The position numbers and the translations under genes were made by a program. A stretch of DNA of 64,000 nt from an uncultured delta proteobacterium (GTDB lineage: Bacteria; Desulfobacterota; Desulfobaccia; Desulfobaccales; 0-14-0-80-60-11). Shown one piece after another: positions 49,341-58,597 of the stretch. The stretch's first letter is position 1. Every line of letters starts with the position of its first letter. The stretch is taken from contig CAWETI010000003.1 of NCBI GenBank assembly GCA_963812015.1, positions 2,016,001 to 2,080,000 of the forward strand. The letters are read 5' to 3'. The notes under the pieces are model-generated. The model saw nothing but the letters and a program-made list of their open reading frames with translations, was not told the DNA's origin and ran no database searches.

Positions 49341-50303
49341 TCACTCATTGGCCAGGCAGCCGCCGCAGGAGGAGCCGTGGCCTGCGGTGCAGCCGTAGCA
49401 GTGGTCCCCCAGGTGGATAGGCCGGGTGGCCAGGGTGGGGAGGTCGAAGTCCCCGATAGTCCGGGGCAGGCCCGACAGCAGGGGCAAATCCATGGCCTGG
49501 TTGAAGTCGCAGTCGTAGAGGCGGCCGTCCCAGGCGACGCTGATCAGGGTGCGGCACATCAGGCCGGTCACCGTGGCCGGGTTGAAGCCGGAAATGAGCT
49601 TCCCGATATAACGGCCATAATTCCTGGACCGCTCCAAAAATTCCTTAAAGCGCCCGATGGGCATGTTGAGCAGGGTCAAAAGCTGGTGAAAGCGAATATC
49701 GTAGCGATCCGCCAGCTCCCGGCGGAACTGCGCTTCCAGAGCCCCCTGCTCCGGCGGGAAGTAGGCGCCGGCGGGGTTGTACATCAGGTTCAGTTTGAGG
49801 TCCGAGTCCGTTTCCCCGTAGCCCGCCCGATTGAGACGGCGCAAGGCTTCCAGGCTCTTCTGAAACACCCCGGGGCCCCGGAGGCGGTCCACTAGGTCCT
49901 CCTGGTAATAAGGCAGAGAGCAGACCAGCTCCACACCGTGCTCCCGGTAAAACGCCGGCAGATGCTCTTTGCCGGGCTCCAGAAGGATGGTCAGATTGCA
50001 GCGGGTCAGGATATGGGCGCCCACTTGATCAAGGCGCTCCACCAGGTATTCGTAATGGGGATTGAGTTCCGGGGCCCCGCCGGTGAGATCGACGGCGGGG
50101 ATGGACCAACGCTCCACCACCCGGATGACCTCCTCGATGGTATCCCGTTCCATCTGTTCCGGGCGGGTGGGTCCGGCCAGGAGGTGGCAATGCTTGCACG
50201 ACTGGTTACAGCGCCACCCCAGGTTGACCTGCAAGGTGCTGACGCTCTCGGCCTTCAGGTGGGGATAACCCAGATGCTCCAGCTTGCGGGCAAAGGGCAG
50301 CAT
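49341..50303 (-). CDS. arsS: Radical SAM protein, ArsS (arsenosugar biosynthesis) type
   Basis: TLQVNLG..CNQSCKHC, DLTGGAPELN, SLPYY, NMPIGRF, LYDCDFNQ, HCYGCTAGHGSSCGG. Confidence 0.88.
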   Translation of the reverse strand: MLPFARKLEHLGYPHLKAESVSTLQVNLGWRCNQSCKHCHLLAGPTRPEQMERDTIEEVIRVVERWSIPAVDLTGGAPELNPHYEYLVERLDQVGAHILTRCNLTILLEPGKEHLPAFYREHGVELVCSLPYYQEDLVDRLRGPGVFQKSLEALRRLNRAGYGETDSDLKLNLMYNPAGAYFPPEQGALEAQFRRELADRYDIRFHQLLTLLNMPIGRFKEFLERSRNYGRYIGKLISGFNPATVTGLMCRTLISVAWDGRLYDCDFNQAMDLPLLSGLPRTIGDFDLPTLATRPIHLGDHCYGCTAGHGSSCGGCLANE

Positions 50304-50312
50304 GGGTTTGCC

Positions 50313-50645
50313 CTACACGGTGATCTTGGCGGCGGCGTTGTGGGCCTGGATGCCATGAATCAGGGTGGCCCCGCCCCGGATGGCCGCGGCCACGTGAATG
50401 GCCTCGGTCATCTCCTCCATATTGGAGCCGGCTTCCAGGGACCCCCGGGTATAGGCGTCGATGCAGTAGGGGCACTGGACCGCGTGGGCCACCGCCAGGG
50501 CGATGAGGGCCTTTTCCCGGGTCGTCAAGGCCCCGGCGCTCATGACCCCCTGGTAGTAGTTCATGAAGATATCATAGAGATCGGGGCGATATTTGCCGAT
50601 CTCGTCAAATCTTTCCAGGTCATTCTCTTCGTAGTAGTGCGACAT
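50313..50645 (-). CDS. AhpD/CMD-family peroxidase-like protein associated with arsS
   Basis: GALTTREKALIALAVAHAVQCPYCIDAY; RBS AGGAGG. Confidence 0.88.
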   Translation of the reverse strand: MSHYYEENDLERFDEIGKYRPDLYDIFMNYYQGVMSAGALTTREKALIALAVAHAVQCPYCIDAYTRGSLEAGSNMEEMTEAIHVAAAIRGGATLIHGIQAHNAAAKITV

Positions 50646-50872
50646 CCGGCCTCCTGGGGATGAACCGGAGGCGGCCCGGGAGCCGGCTGATTCCCGCCGG
50701 CCTCCCGTCCTTACCTCTCAGTTCCGGGAATGGCAGGCTGGCGCCGGATGACCCCGGTCGTGCCTGCCTCGTGGGGCGAAAGGGGTGAACTCGATGGCTC
50801 ACAACCCCGGAAGGGAAAAGCTCGCTCCAGGTTAAACCTGGGCGATGCCTCCGGGCCTCATACCGTCTTCTT

Positions 50873-50929
50873 GAAGGGGCGCACCCATGGGTGTGACCAA
50901 AGTGGGCGGACACGCGGGTCCGCTCCTGC
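50873..50929. repeat. Degenerate REP doublet
   Basis: Resembles the reverse complement of 27665-27722. Confidence 0.6.
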
Positions 50930-51009
50930 AGTTTGTCGTTTTTTAGGGGAAACTGGTCCAAGAGGGCCCGGGACCCTTCCGGGCCCTCTCAGTCCGGTGG
51001 CAATCTCAG

Positions 51010-52077
51010 CTAAAACCGGGTAAAGCCGGTGAAGCGATACATGTCGCCCATCAACTCCTCGTATTCGCCCTTGAGCTTCTGATAGAGGCGGGCGTTTTCC
51101 ATGGCCAGGGCCGCCTGCTCCGCCAGGGAGGAGATAAAGGTAATTTCGTCCTCACTGAAATCCCGAGGGTCGCTGGTGTAAATGCGCATGACCCCGATGA
51201 TGTTGCCCTTGAGGTTGATGGGCACCGAGAGGATGGACTTGATGCCTTCTTCCGACGACTCCTTGGGGTAGGTGGCCCGGGGGTCGCTGTCCACGTCGTA
51301 GATGGAAACCGCCTTGCCCATCATGGAGTCGGTGATGGATTTGTCGGTCCCCACCGGGCCCTTGTTGATATAGCGGTCGCTCAGGCCGTAGGAGGCTACG
51401 AGTTCCATCTGCTGGCGTTTCTCGTCCAGCAGGCGCACCCCGGCCCCCTTGATGTCCAGGGCGGTGGTGACGGTCTTCACCAGGAGGTTAAGGACCTTCT
51501 TCACGTCCAGGGCTGAGTTGACCGCCTTGGAGACCTCCAACAGGCCTTTGAGGAAATTGAGTTCCTTGGTGCGGGTTTCATACATTATGGCGTTGCTAAT
51601 GGCCTGGGCCCCCAGTTCCGCCACGGAGCAGGCGAAATCCACTTCCTCCATGGTAAACTCCCGGGGCTCCGCGGTCACCAGGCGCATGACGCCGATGACC
51701 TTGCCCTTGGCCACCATGGGGACGGCCACCATGGTGGCGATCCCTTCTTCTTTGGCATCCTGGGGATACTGCATGCGGGGGTCGTTGACCGCGTCGAAAA
51801 GAGCCACCGGACGCCCGCTCAAGGCCTCGGTGATACTCTTGTCCAGGTCCACGGGACCCTTCTTGAGATACTTATCGCTCAGCCCATGGGCCGCGGCCAG
51901 CTCCAGCCGGTTGGTTTTGGGATTGACCAGCCGAATGGTAGCCCCTTTCAGGTTCATGACCTCGGTGATTTGCCGCACGATGTGGTCCAGCACTTCGTCC
52001 ACTGACAGGGTGGAGCTCAGGACCTTACTGATCTCCTGAAAACTCCGGAGATACATCCGTTCTTTAAAAGCCGTCAT
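51010..52077 (-). CDS. Tandem GAF-GAF domain protein with no output domain
   Basis: Two internally homologous halves (GLSDKYLKKGPV / GLSDRYINKGPV; DPR..YP....EEGI); ends LAMENARLY plus a short coil. Confidence 0.85.
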   Translation of the reverse strand: MTAFKERMYLRSFQEISKVLSSTLSVDEVLDHIVRQITEVMNLKGATIRLVNPKTNRLELAAAHGLSDKYLKKGPVDLDKSITEALSGRPVALFDAVNDPRMQYPQDAKEEGIATMVAVPMVAKGKVIGVMRLVTAEPREFTMEEVDFACSVAELGAQAISNAIMYETRTKELNFLKGLLEVSKAVNSALDVKKVLNLLVKTVTTALDIKGAGVRLLDEKRQQMELVASYGLSDRYINKGPVGTDKSITDSMMGKAVSIYDVDSDPRATYPKESSEEGIKSILSVPINLKGNIIGVMRIYTSDPRDFSEDEITFISSLAEQAALAMENARLYQKLKGEYEELMGDMYRFTGFTRF

Positions 52078-52348
52078 CGCCGCCCCTCCCTTGTGTATGC
52101 TTGGTCGCTTGCGGGGAATCTTGGTTCGTAGAGAAGAAAACCCGATAGGTTATGGTTAACCATTTTCCCGGCATGCGGCAAGGTTGCCGATAAGAGTTTC
52201 TTTACCGCGCAGAATTATATCATTTTTTGGGTCCCGGGGAAACCTTTTAAGCGGGCTGAGGCGCGGATCGCCTGCGGCCGGTGGACCTTTCCTCCCCAGG
52301 GCTCAGGAATATTTTTCCTCAGAATCAGTTTGTGGTATAAACGCAGCC

Positions 52349-53881
52349 ATGGAATTCATCCCCCTGCACTTCGGTGACCGCCTGACGGTGATCAATCCCC
52401 GGGGGACCATCGGGGTGGTGACTTTGTGGTCGAAGGTGGAATACGTGGTTGAACGGTTCCGCCAGGCCGGGGTGGACCTGGACCCGGCCACCAGCCCCAT
52501 CGCGGTCTTCGGAAACTTATACGGCAACGGCCTCCGGGAGATGCTGCGGAATCTGTTGTACAACCCGCAGATTCGGGTGCTCTTAATTTGTGGCTATAAT
52601 CGTTCGGGCTCCATGCAGGAGTTAATCAGCTTCTTTGATCTGGGTTTGGAACCAGTAGAGGGTTCCCTGGTAACATACCGAAGTCCTTTAGCTGGCTTGA
52701 TAGTCGCTCCGGCCCGCATTGCCCAGACCAGCCGTATCATTGATAACTTGGTTAGCCCAGAGCTTTTTTCCCCGTTACAGCCACCACTTATTCAATTCGT
52801 AGGAGACCCCCAGGAACAAGAAACTTCAACAATTTTAATCAAGGATTTTTTTGCAAGGTTTAATCCAGAGCCCTTTCCAGGGATTGCACGTGTGGAAGTG
52901 CCATTGCCGGAAGTTGAGCTGGACTACTTTCCCAGTAACCCCCGAACTCATCAGATTTCACGAGATAAGCCTTTGGATGCCTGGATAGAATTATTGTATA
53001 TATTGAGCCGTTTCGGCCATAGAGTCACAGTAAGGAAAGGGGATCGCCTCGAGCTGCAAAACGTTAAGGTTGTAGTAGGAAAGCCAGAGTTTGAGGAGAA
53101 AAGACTCCAAAAATTCTCCTTTGATCTCGTAAAACTTAAGAAATACCAGAAAGACATCGTTCGAAGCAAAATAAGGCCTGATAAACCATCGTTAAAAGGG
53201 CAAACCAGACTTCCTCATTGGGTTCAGCTCAGGCCCGACGAGACTTATAATTATAGTGAAAGATTGAGAACACATTTCGGAATGGATGGCTTAGAAGCTT
53301 GTATGACCCATCTTAGGAAGGATTCGGAAGACCGTAAGGCATACTTCACGTTGTGGGATAATACAAAAGATCTCAAGGCTCCCTCTGGGCATCCATGTTT
53401 TGTTTCATTATTTTTCCGGAAATTTGAAAAACGATTGACTTTAACGGCTACATTTCGCACACATAATGCTCTCGATGGCTGGCTGATCAATTTCTATGGG
53501 TTGATGGCAATTCAAAATTGGGTATCAAAAAGGGTAAATCTTCCTTCTGGTGCTATTACCGTAATCAGTCATTCCATAAGTTTGGACCCCAAGGAACTGG
53601 ACAGGGCTATGATCTTCATAAGCCAGCGCTCCCGCAAGGTATTTCGCATGGACCCCATGGGTTACTTCCGGGTCACCCTGGACGGCAATAATATCCTGGT
53701 GGAGCACCGCTTCGAAGACGTCACCCTGAAGGAGTACCGGGGCAAGACCGCGGTATCCCTGCAGCACCAGATTGCCCGGGATGTGGCCGTCTCGGATGTC
53801 AACCACGCCATCTACCTGGGGCGCCAACTGGCCAAGGCCGAGATGGCCCTGAAGGGCGGCCAGGAGTTCGTGCAGGATTAA
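52349..53881 (+). CDS. Thymidylate-synthase-like protein with N-terminal MtrA-like and C-terminal DUF4346-like domains
   Basis: N-terminus VVTLWS...GNLYG..G...RNLLYNPQIR.L.ICG; centre YS.RLR, PCF, ATFRTHN, WLINFYGL, SHS; C-terminus DPMGYF...HAIYLGRQLAKAE. Confidence 0.75.
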   Translation: MEFIPLHFGDRLTVINPRGTIGVVTLWSKVEYVVERFRQAGVDLDPATSPIAVFGNLYGNGLREMLRNLLYNPQIRVLLICGYNRSGSMQELISFFDLGLEPVEGSLVTYRSPLAGLIVAPARIAQTSRIIDNLVSPELFSPLQPPLIQFVGDPQEQETSTILIKDFFARFNPEPFPGIARVEVPLPEVELDYFPSNPRTHQISRDKPLDAWIELLYILSRFGHRVTVRKGDRLELQNVKVVVGKPEFEEKRLQKFSFDLVKLKKYQKDIVRSKIRPDKPSLKGQTRLPHWVQLRPDETYNYSERLRTHFGMDGLEACMTHLRKDSEDRKAYFTLWDNTKDLKAPSGHPCFVSLFFRKFEKRLTLTATFRTHNALDGWLINFYGLMAIQNWVSKRVNLPSGAITVISHSISLDPKELDRAMIFISQRSRKVFRMDPMGYFRVTLDGNNILVEHRFEDVTLKEYRGKTAVSLQHQIARDVAVSDVNHAIYLGRQLAKAEMALKGGQEFVQD

Positions 53882-53885
53882 GAGA

Positions 53886-54491
53886 TTGTGCCTGGCCGAA
53901 TCCACCATGTCACCCGCCGATAAACTCCAAAGCAGATTTTTCCACTATATGGTGGAGCATAACCGGCCCCAGATGGATGGGTTTAAGAGATGGGACTTCC
54001 AGCCGGGCATGCTGTTTCAGGCCTTAAAAAAATGGTGGGGGGATCAGGGCGCCAGATATACGAGGCATGAAGGCTTAGACTTATACCATTATGCAGATGC
54101 CAACGGGGCGCTCAAGACGGTGGACCAGCATACCAGGATACCGGCGGCGTTTGCCGGTGAGATCGTCAAAATCGAGCCTGATTTTCTCGGAAAATCCATC
54201 TATATCCGCCATGACATCTTCTCTGCCGGCGGCAGACAGCTTATTTCGATTTATGGCCACACCGTCCCCCGGGAGTTCCTCGAAGCCGGGCAAAAAGTCG
54301 CCGCAGGTGAGATCATTGGGCGCATATCGGCATTTCCTGACAAAAAAACCACCCTGGTGCCACACCTGCATATTACTTTTGCCTGGGTGCCGGTCTGGGT
54401 CACCCTCAGCCGGCTCGACTGGAAAAACCTGGGTAATGATCCCGGGATAACGCTCATTGATCCGCTCCCGGTGCTATCGAACTTTGCCTGA
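53886..54491 (+). CDS. M23 family metallopeptidase-like protein (start may be ATG 53907)
   Basis: HEGLD, G.IV, YGH, GQKVAAGEIIG, PHLH. Confidence 0.78.
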   Translation: MCLAESTMSPADKLQSRFFHYMVEHNRPQMDGFKRWDFQPGMLFQALKKWWGDQGARYTRHEGLDLYHYADANGALKTVDQHTRIPAAFAGEIVKIEPDFLGKSIYIRHDIFSAGGRQLISIYGHTVPREFLEAGQKVAAGEIIGRISAFPDKKTTLVPHLHITFAWVPVWVTLSRLDWKNLGNDPGITLIDPLPVLSNFA

Positions 54492-55263
54492 AGATGGGCT
54501 GGTGGTTTGGCCCGACAATTACCTGAGGAAAAACGCCATTTGGAAAGATATCGCCCATAATAACCTCATCCTCATCGGCACGGTGCACGGCGATCCTCAA
54601 GGGTATGAGCGGGCCCGGGCCTTGCTTGACTCCCTCAGGCCGGACCTGGTCACCGTGGAGATCAGCCCCTTTTCTTTGCGCTACCGCCAACGGTATGGGG
54701 CCGGCTGGCAGCGGCAACTGGCGCAATCCCTGGCCCTGGCCGAACTGCCCGCCGACGCGGCGCGCCATCTGGCCATCCAACGCCTCACGGCCCAGGTGGC
54801 CCTGCCCTTCGAGGTCAAGGCGGCCCGGGATTACCACCGGCGAGTTGGGGTGCCCTGGCGTCCCCTGGACCTGGGTTTTTTGTCCCGGCGGCACCTGCCC
54901 CGGTATGGGCCGGAACTCCTGAGCCCGGCTAATCTCAAGGCCTTGCTCACCACCCCGGACGGCCCCCTGGAGGAGTACGTAGTTGCGGAGTTCCGCCGGG
55001 CCAGGCTGGCCCTGGTGCAATCCCCCCGACGATTCCTCTCTCCCGGCGTCTCCGAAACTTTGCGACGGGAACGGTTCATAGGCCGCCGCCTTCGCCAACT
55101 GGCCTCCAAGCATCCCCGGGTGGTGCACCTGGGGGGCTGGGAGCACTTGGTGGACTGGCAGGACTCCCCGGGACTATGGCGGGCTCTGGCGGATCTATCG
55201 CCTGGCCGGGTGCTCCTGGATGAGGCGGACCGGGCCCTGGACTTCTCAAGTGAACGCAATTGA
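54457..55263 (+). CDS. Hypothetical protein with a TraB/GumN-like N-terminal motif (start uncertain)
   Basis: LILIGTVHGDP...RPDLVTVE and late VVHLGGWEH; host-like codon usage from about 54560. Confidence 0.6.
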   Translation: MIRSRCYRTLPEDGLVVWPDNYLRKNAIWKDIAHNNLILIGTVHGDPQGYERARALLDSLRPDLVTVEISPFSLRYRQRYGAGWQRQLAQSLALAELPADAARHLAIQRLTAQVALPFEVKAARDYHRRVGVPWRPLDLGFLSRRHLPRYGPELLSPANLKALLTTPDGPLEEYVVAEFRRARLALVQSPRRFLSPGVSETLRRERFIGRRLRQLASKHPRVVHLGGWEHLVDWQDSPGLWRALADLSPGRVLLDEADRALDFSSERN

Positions 55264-55521
55264 TGTAGCAACTGTTCCGAGAAGTTCAAGGTGCAAGGTG
55301 CAAAGTCAAGAGCAAGGGCAGGCATAAACTTTTCATTAGGTGCGGGGGGCCACAGGCCCAGGCTGGAATGATCGCCGGTATGGCCAATCACCTGTTTATC
55401 CTTACGATTTGGCGAAGTATTTTCCCCCGCCCAAATTAAGTGCTTGAGTTAATAGAGGAATAAAGGGTAAACTCTCCCCCGGGTAGAAACTAATATTTTC
55501 CGTGCATCGGAAGAGGACGAT

Positions 55522-56190
55522 ATGGATATCCGCCCCCTTACCTTGCCGGTGGGGCCGGATCGCATGATCCGGGCAGTCCTGGGGGTGCCCCCCACCGTCA
55601 CCATGGACGCGGTCCTGGTCCTGGCCCACGGGGCCAACAACAACATGGACCAGCCCCTCATCAAAGGGCTGCATGAACTTCTGGCCCGGGCCGGGCTGGT
55701 CACGGTGCGGTTCAATTTTCCCTATGCCGAATCCGGCCGCAAGCATCCCGACCCGGACGACGCCTTGGAAGGGGTCTTCCGCCTGGTCCTGGAATATGTG
55801 GCGCAGATGGACGAATTCAAGGGCCTGGCCCTCTACCTCGGCGGCAAATCCATGGGAGCCCGCCTGGCCGCCCAAATCGTGGCCAAAGACGTGGGCGCCA
55901 GCGGCCTGGTTTTCCTGGGGTATCCGCTCCACCCCCCGGGCAGGCCGGAAAAACTGCGGGATCAACCTCTGTATCAACTACCCTGCCCGGCGCTGTTTAT
56001 CGAAGGGACCCGGGACCCCTTCTGCCAGATGGACCTGCTGGGAAAAGTACTGGGGCAGATGCCGGTCCGGAGCGATCTCCACGTCATCCCCGGGGTGGGC
56101 CATTCCTTTGAATCGGGTGGACACACGCTGGCCCCGGAGATCCTGCCGCTGATCACCCGGGTGATCCTGGGATGGCTGGATAGTTTATAA
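55522..56190 (+). CDS. Alpha/beta hydrolase (KANL3/Tex30-like)
   Basis: LAHGA, RFNFPY, GGKSMG, GYPLHPPG, GTRDPF, GHS. Confidence 0.88.
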   Translation: MDIRPLTLPVGPDRMIRAVLGVPPTVTMDAVLVLAHGANNNMDQPLIKGLHELLARAGLVTVRFNFPYAESGRKHPDPDDALEGVFRLVLEYVAQMDEFKGLALYLGGKSMGARLAAQIVAKDVGASGLVFLGYPLHPPGRPEKLRDQPLYQLPCPALFIEGTRDPFCQMDLLGKVLGQMPVRSDLHVIPGVGHSFESGGHTLAPEILPLITRVILGWLDSL

Positions 56191-56310
56191 AAATGGGAGG
56201 CGAAGAGGGAAAGAGCGATAGTTTTAATTTCTGACCTTTTCCCCTTTTTTCCCGGTTTGATTTGCCGAGAGCGGTGGATTCTCTCTAATGATTGTACAGG
56301 CTGAGTTATC

Positions 56311-57678
56311 ATGAGCATTATCCTTGTCGTGGACGACGACGCGCCCACCCGGGAAGCGTTGGCGGGCGGATTGAAGAAGTTGGGCCATGAGATCCACGTG
56401 GCCGGCACCGGGGCCGCGGCCCTGGACGAAGTCCGGCGCCACGCCGTGGACCTGGCCATCATCGACCTGAAGCTCCCGGATATGGAGGGCACCGAACTCT
56501 TCGGGGCCCTGCGCATCCTCCGGCCTGAGACCATCGCCATCATGATCTCCGGCGCCGCCACCGTGGACGAGGCCGTGTCCGCCCTGAAACGGGGGATTTA
56601 CGACTTCATCACCAAAGACTTCCGCATGGCGGACCTGCGCAAGGTGGTGAGCAAGGCCCTGGAGACTCAGCAGCTCCTGGTGGAAAACCAGCGGTTGCGG
56701 GACGCCCTCCGGGACCGGGGTCCCACCGGCCGCATTATCGGCCGGGGGCCGGCCATCCTCAAAGTCCTCCACCTCATCGACCAGGTGGCGCCCATGAAGA
56801 GCTCCGTGCTTATCGAAGGTGAGTCGGGAGTGGGCAAGGAGCTCATTGCCGAAGCCATTCACCACCAGAGCCCCCGGCGGCCCAAACCCCTGGTCAAGCT
56901 GAACTGCGCCGCCCTGCCGGAAGGACTCATCGAATCGGAACTCTTCGGCCATGAGAAAGGCGCCTTCACCGGAGCCATCCAGCAGCGCAAAGGCCGCTTC
57001 GAACTGGCCGACGGGGGGACCATCTTCCTGGACGAAATCAGCGAGATGCCGCCCGCCACCCAGGTGAAGCTGTTGCGGGTGCTCCAGGAAGGGGAATTTG
57101 AACGGGTGGGAGGGACCCAGACCCTGAAGGCGGACGTCCGGGTGATTGCCGCCACCAACCGGAACCTGGAAGAAGAGGTGGCCGAAGGGCGCTTCCGCAA
57201 AGACCTGTTCTACCGGCTTAACGTCATCCATATGATTATGCCGCCCCTGCGGGACCGGGTGGAGGACATCCCCCTGCTAGCCTTGCATTTTCTCGACAAG
57301 TTCTGCCTGGAAAACCGGCGGCCCCCCATGGGCTTCAGCCCCGACGCCATGCTGGCCCTGAAGAGCCATGCCTGGCCGGGAAACGTCCGGGAATTGCAGA
57401 ACGTGGTGGAACGGGCGGTGGCCCTGTGCACCAGCAACATGGTGGAGTTCGAGGACCTGCCGGACGAGATCCGCCGGCATTCCCCGGAAGACGACAAGAT
57501 CGTCCTGCCGGTGGGGTCTTCCATGGAGGAAATCGAACGCCAGGCCATCCACCAAACCCTGAAGAAGACCGGGGGCGATAAGGAACTGACCGCCCGCCTC
57601 CTGGGCATCGGCCTGGCCACCCTGTATCGCCGCCTCAAGGAGATGGAGCCTAAAGAAGTGGCGCCGGAGGAAACCTGA
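56311..57678 (+). CDS. NtrC/AtoC-family sigma54 response regulator
   Basis: Receiver ILVVDDD...DLKLP, GESGVGKE, GAFTGA, WPGNVREL, HTH. Confidence 0.93.
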   Translation: MSIILVVDDDAPTREALAGGLKKLGHEIHVAGTGAAALDEVRRHAVDLAIIDLKLPDMEGTELFGALRILRPETIAIMISGAATVDEAVSALKRGIYDFITKDFRMADLRKVVSKALETQQLLVENQRLRDALRDRGPTGRIIGRGPAILKVLHLIDQVAPMKSSVLIEGESGVGKELIAEAIHHQSPRRPKPLVKLNCAALPEGLIESELFGHEKGAFTGAIQQRKGRFELADGGTIFLDEISEMPPATQVKLLRVLQEGEFERVGGTQTLKADVRVIAATNRNLEEEVAEGRFRKDLFYRLNVIHMIMPPLRDRVEDIPLLALHFLDKFCLENRRPPMGFSPDAMLALKSHAWPGNVRELQNVVERAVALCTSNMVEFEDLPDEIRRHSPEDDKIVLPVGSSMEEIERQAIHQTLKKTGGDKELTARLLGIGLATLYRRLKEMEPKEVAPEET

Positions 57679-57679
57679 G

Positions 57680-58558
57680 ATGGCATGGTTGAACTTCCTG
57701 GACCTGAAGTCTTTGCCGGTCAAAGAAGCCGAGGCGGTAGTTCTGCCCATTCCCTATGAAGCCACCACCACGTATGGGTCCGGGACCCGGGAAGGCCCCG
57801 AGGCCATCCTGGCCGCGTCCCGCCAGGTGGAGATGTGGGACGAAGACTATAACTGGGACCCCGCGGCGGCCATCCGCCTGGCCACCGCCGCCCCCATCCA
57901 CCCGGAGGTGGCGGGCCCCCAGGCCATGGTGGAGAAAATCAAGCGGATCGTGCAGCCCTGGATATCCCAGGGCAAGCTGATCTGCTCCCTGGGGGGTGAA
58001 CACACCATCACCGTGGCCCTGCTCCAGGCCATGCAGACCCGTTACCCGGACCTGACGGTGGTGGCCCTGGACGCCCACGCCGACATGCGGGAGAGCTACG
58101 ACGGCAGCAAACTCTCCCATGCCTGCGTCATGCGCCGCGCCTATGAGTTGGGCCGGCCCCTCACCCTCCTGGGGGTGCGCAGCTACTCCCAGGAAGAATA
58201 CCAACTCCTGCGGGTGGCGCCGCGCTTCAAGATGTTCAAGGCGAAAGAGCTCCACACCCCGGAAGGCTGGCAGGCGGCTCTAGATCACCTCAAGGGTATC
58301 GCGGGGCCGGTGTATCTGTCCATCGACTTAGACGCCCTGGACCCCGGCATCATGCCCGGGGTGGGCACCCCGGAACCGGGCGGTCTTTCGTATAGCCAGG
58401 TGCTGACCATTATGGAAACCCTGGCCCTCCGCGGTCCCATCATCGGCCTGGACCTGGTGGAACTGGCCCCCATCCCGGGACATAAGGTGAGCCAATTCAC
58501 CGCGGCCCGGCTGCTGTATAAAGCGTTGGGGTATATTTATCAATCTCGGAAGAAATAA
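57680..58558 (+). CDS. speB: Agmatinase
   Basis: GGEHT, DAHAD, SHAC, SIDLDALDP, GTPEPGG, DLVEL. Confidence 0.92.
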   Translation: MAWLNFLDLKSLPVKEAEAVVLPIPYEATTTYGSGTREGPEAILAASRQVEMWDEDYNWDPAAAIRLATAAPIHPEVAGPQAMVEKIKRIVQPWISQGKLICSLGGEHTITVALLQAMQTRYPDLTVVALDAHADMRESYDGSKLSHACVMRRAYELGRPLTLLGVRSYSQEEYQLLRVAPRFKMFKAKELHTPEGWQAALDHLKGIAGPVYLSIDLDALDPGIMPGVGTPEPGGLSYSQVLTIMETLALRGPIIGLDLVELAPIPGHKVSQFTAARLLYKALGYIYQSRKK

Positions 58559-58597
58559 TGTTTTCGGTTCAGAATGTTCGGAATTGGAGGGAAAGCA

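Noticed and set aside
49341..49380. Selenocysteine in the ArsS C-terminal GSSxGG motif
   Set aside because: The codon is TGC (Cys); the TGA at 49341-49343 is the normal stop.
50650..50870. Riboswitch or ncRNA upstream of the arsS cluster
   Set aside because: Several GC-rich hairpins are possible, but I could not match a known family or separate them from background folding.
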